Of a stretch of DNA of 64,000 bases, positions 60,101-64,000 are shown one piece after another. Source of the stretch: Squalus acanthias (taxonomy: Eukaryota); NCBI GenBank assembly GCA_030390025.1, contig CM059432.1:111044001-111108000 (forward strand). Reading direction: 5' to 3'. The translations under genes were made by a program, and so were the position numbers. Within the stretch, counting starts at the first letter, position 1. Each line of letters begins with the position of its first letter. The notes beneath the pieces are model-generated. The model did no database searches, was not told the origin of the DNA, and saw only the letters and a program-made list of their open reading frames with translations.

Positions 60101-61725
60101 GGCCCGAAAATTAGACCTAATACGCGAGAGTACGCGCGTTTTAGGTCTCCAATTGCCGGTTTCCAGCATGCACTGCGCATGCACGGGAAACTGGCACTTC
60201 GTGAATTCAAAAGGGGGCGGTTCCTAAGTGAACCGCATGCGCGCTACAGGCTGCGCGCACGCAGTGCACTTAGTGCTTTGAATGCACAGGTAAGCATGGA
60301 AGATTTTACACAAAGAAAGGAGGCGTAAGACCCTCTTTTAACAAGGTAAGTAGTTAATTAAGTATTATTTTAAATTTTTTTCAACAGGTTTATCTTTTTT
60401 AGAGACTTTAAAGAAAGGTAAGTTTATTTTTATAACTTTTAAAAAGATTTAAAATTTTTCAAAAATTTAATTTTTTGTTTAAAGTGGTTAATTTATTTAA
60501 CTATACTTATTTTATTAATGTGATGGCTTTTATTTTAAATTTAATTGAGGTTTAGCTGTTCTTTTGGGGGGGTATAGTATTCATAGCTTTGACAGGTCTT
60601 CCTGTCAAAACTATGAATGAAAGATGGTGTGCTGCCATTGGCTCTAACTGAATCACGTGATCCCAGAGCTCGCACGAACTAATTGCGTCTCTGGGTCACG
60701 CAAGCACTGCACAACTGCAGCCTTGAAACTAAAGTTTGTGTGGGCCCGGAGGAAAAAGGTAGGCGCGGAGTGAGATATCGCGGGGAAGCCTTACCCCCGC
60801 GTGAACACTCAGGGGTAAAAATTCAGTTGGTTGCGCCTCCCGTTAGCGCCTTAAGAGGGCGCTAATGGGGCGCAAAGCCACTAACGCCCGGGCGCAGCGA
60901 TGTTTGCGCCGCTCGAGAACTTAACTTGAGATTGTGCGGCGGCGCTAAAACTTACCGCTGCGACCACCTGCGCGCGCAGATTGTGACGTCATTCCATGGT
61001 GCAACACCCTTGTGGCGCCCCGGAGCAGAAATTGAGTGGCGCCCCCTGCCTTACCGCCTGGCGCTTCCAACGACCAGAAGACTGGAACGCTATCAATCGC
61101 TGTGGGGCTGGGGGGGGCGCTATTTAAAGGGGGCCTCTTCCTGTCTTTTATTGTTGGTGGCATTTTTGAACTACGCATTCTGAGAGAGAGAGGGAGAGAC
61201 TTCTGGAGAGATTCAACGTTGTGGGAAGGAGTTTTGGGTACTGAGCAGCACTTTGCAGGTTCATTTTGATTTGCCATTCCTTGTATCGATTTAGCAGAGA
61301 CTGTGGGAGCTGCACTCTGAGCTCTTTGCCTGGTACTCTCCATTGTTCTTTCCAGCACATTTGATGTGCAAGTCTCTCCAGGCCGAGATTCAAGGCTGCA
61401 ATGAACAGGATGTGGATGGAAAGCAAGATTAACCATCCCCTTTAAGAACTGGCCCGTGCCATTGTGTGTGTGTTCCATTGCTGACTGACATTACATGAAC
61501 TTCGCCAGCGCTCTGAGTTAGCGCCTCACTCCTTGGCCTTTGCGCCTTAAGACAGGTGTGCAGCGCCTGCTTTAGCGCTCCACTCACCTCCCGGGGCGGT
61601 AAAAGTGAAGTTTCCAGTCAGTGCCGATAATTAGCGCCAGGCGCTAATATTTGCGTCCAGACGATATTTGCGCCCCAAATGGGGCGCGACCTAATTTCTA
61701 CCCCTCAGTGTTTAATTTCTGGGCC
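60101..61725 (+). mobile_element. MITE-A copy carrying a nested E-family MITE
   Basis: TIRs GGCCCGAAAATTA / TAATTTCTGGGCC; TSD ATA. Confidence 0.88.
60812..61704. mobile_element. Complete E-family Harbinger MITE (893 bp)
   Basis: TIRs GGGGTAAAAATT / AATTTCTACCCC; TSD TCA. Ends nearly identical to element E. The empty site is visible in the MITE-A copy at 62641-62684. Confidence 0.92.
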
Positions 61726-61921
61726 ATAGTCTATATGACTCGAAGACACAAGCCTAGATTTCCCAATGGAATGTGATCCCTGTCGGAAGTGTGGGGACAA
61801 GAACGGGGCTCACCCTATACCATGTGCTGATCCCATTGTCAGTAACAGCGACAGACTCATTTGAATAATTAAGGCGAGGTCTTGGCATTGGCAGTTTCAC
61901 CACTGGGAGACCAAAAGTAAT

Positions 61922-62684
61922 TGCCCGAAAATTAAACCTAATACGCGAGAGTACGCACTGTGTACTCTCGCGTATTGGATCCCGAATTGCCGGTTTCCTG
62001 CATGCACTGTGCATGCGCGGGAAACCGGCACTTCGTGAATTGAAAAGGGGGCGGTTCCTAAGTGAACCGCGTGCGCGCTACAGGCTGTGCGCATGCAGTG
62101 CACTTAGTTTTTTTTTCAGCTTTGAACGCGCAGGTAAGTGGTGAAGATTTTACACACAAAGAAAGCAGGCGTAGGACCCCCTTTTAACAAGGTAAGTAGT
62201 TAATTAAGTGTTATTTTAAATTTTTTTCAACAGGTTTATCTTTTTTAGAAACTTTAAAGAAAGGTAAGTTTATTTTTATAACTTTTAAAAAGATTTTAAA
62301 TTTTTTCAAAAATTTAATTTTTTGTTTAAAGTGGTAAATTTATTTAACTATACTTATTTTATTAATGTGATGGCTTTTTAAAAATTTAATTGAGGTTTAG
62401 CTGTTCTTTTGGGGGTTTGTAGTATTCATAGCTTTGACAGCTCTTGCCGTCAAAACTATAAATGAAAGATGGTGTGCTGCCATTGGCTCTAACTGAATCA
62501 CGTGATCCCAGAGCTTGCACGAACTAATTGCGCCTCTGGGTTACTCAAGCACTGCATGGTTCCAACAGAGAGAGCCTTTGAAACTAAAGTTCGTGTGGGC
62601 CCGGAGCAAAAAGGTAGGCGCGGAGTGCAATATCGTGGGGAATCCTTACCCCCGCGGGAACCATCCATGTTTAATTTCTGGGCC
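61922..62684 (+). mobile_element. MITE-A copy (763 bp, uninterrupted)
   Basis: Termini TGCCCGAAAATTA / TAATTTCTGGGCC; TSD AAT; colinear with 60101-61725. Confidence 0.88.
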
Positions 62685-63189
62685 AATGTACTGCTGCAGG
62701 ATGTAAAGGCCTGCAGCAGCTTAAAGGGCAAGACAGCACCAGCATCATTTTGGCATTAAAGATCTTTTTTATTACTTTCCAAATGTCAGAGAGGTCTGCT
62801 GCAGGGCACAGAGCCCCCCACTTTGTATATTGAAGTATTGAAGTGCTGCTATTGGAAGTTGGACCAAGGAGAGAGGCCCTTTTTTTGGAAAGGACAGATT
62901 TAAGGACCCATTGTGGATCAGGGCAGGTGAAACGAGGAGGCCAGTGAGTGCCAATGCAAGCACCCCATGCATGGCCATTCAGTGCCTGAAAAGGTGGAAT
63001 ACCTTACCAGGTCAGGCAAAGTAAGAGGAGCTAGCTACATCTTCCAAGAATGCACTGCACTGAGCCACAGACAATGATTTTGCTCTCGCACTGTGCTAAA
63101 GTGTCTGCTTACCCATTAATGCCCATCAGATAGCAAGATGTCCTTTACATTCCCAGCCACCACCTGGAGCATTCCTTCACTTACATCCT

Positions 63190-64000
63190 TATAGAATCAT
63201 ACAATCATAGAATGGTTACAGCACGGAAGGAGGCCATTGGGCCCATCGAGCCCGTGCTGGCTCTCTGCAAGAGCACCTCAGCTAGTCCCACTCCCCCGCC
63301 CTTTCCCCGTAGCCCTGCAAATTTTTTCTTTCAGGTACTTATCCAACTCCCTTTTGAAAGCCATGATTGAGTCTGCCTCCACCATCCTTTAAGAACATAA
63401 GAAATAGGAGCAGGAGCAGGAGCAGGAGCAGGCCATTCGGCCCCTCGAGCCTGCTCCGCCATTTAATGAGATCATGGCTGATCTGATCTTGGCCTCAACT
63501 CCTCTTTCCTGCCCGCTCCCCATAACCCTTGAATCCCCTGTTGCTCAAAGATCTGTCTATCTCAACCTTGAATATATTCAATGACTCCGCCTCCACAGCT
63601 CTCTGGGGTAAAGAATTTCAAAGATTCACGATCCTCTGAGAGAAGAAATTCCTCCTCATCTCCGTCTTAAATGGGCGACCCCTTATTCTGAGACTATGCC
63701 CCCTCATTCTAGATTCCCCCACGTGGGGAAACATCCTCTTAGCAACTACCTTGTCTAACACCCTCAGAATCTTATATGTTTCAATAAGATCACCTCTCAT
63801 TCTTCTAAACTCCAATGAGTATAGGCCCAACCTGTTCAACTTTTCCTCATAAGACAACCCTTCCATCCCAGAAATCAACCTAGTGAACCTTATCTGAACT
63901 GCCTCCAATGCAAGTATATCCCTCCTTAAATAAGGGGACCAAAACTGTACGCAGTACTCTAGGTGTGGTCTCACCATCGCCCTGTACAGTTGTAGCAAGA
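63190..64000 (-). mobile_element. Two adjacent CR1 3' ends (63190-63390 and 63391-64000)
   Basis: Two different CR1 3' tails; ORF 63618-63998. Confidence 0.9.

Noticed and set aside
62690..63180. Possible very old Harbinger transposase remnant
   Set aside because: Only faint resemblance; no catalytic motif could be read.

Overview
Repeat-dense vertebrate DNA, most likely from a cartilaginous fish (inferred from CR1 LINEs with (TTCTATG)n/(TTCTTATG)n tails, L2 LINEs and Deu-core SINEs of SacSINE1/AmnSINE1 type). I found no confident host-gene exon. The window is a nest of transposable elements. (1) Five two-gene PIF/Harbinger DNA transposons, each with a DDE transposase and a spliced Myb/SANT partner gene in convergent orientation. 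One (48598-52856) looks fully intact, with perfect TIRs and TSD. There are also about eight Harbinger-type MITEs. (2) Many CR1 and L2 fragments, a 1.7-kb solo LTR, a hAT MITE and Penelope-like pieces with a hammerhead ribozyme. (3) Three copies of a distinct APE-RT LINE. The most unusual signal is in that LINE: its longest copy (3313-6498) starts with a tRNA-derived A/B-box head, has no ORF1, and has no TTTT run on its whole 3.2-kb sense strand. This suggests a protein-coding LINE transcribed by RNA polymerase III. Other notable points: two different Harbinger families inserted at the same nucleotide of two CR1 copies, and one MITE family looks like a portable promoter plus splice-donor cassette. 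Coordinates of decayed repeats are approximate, and all calls were made by eye without database searches.
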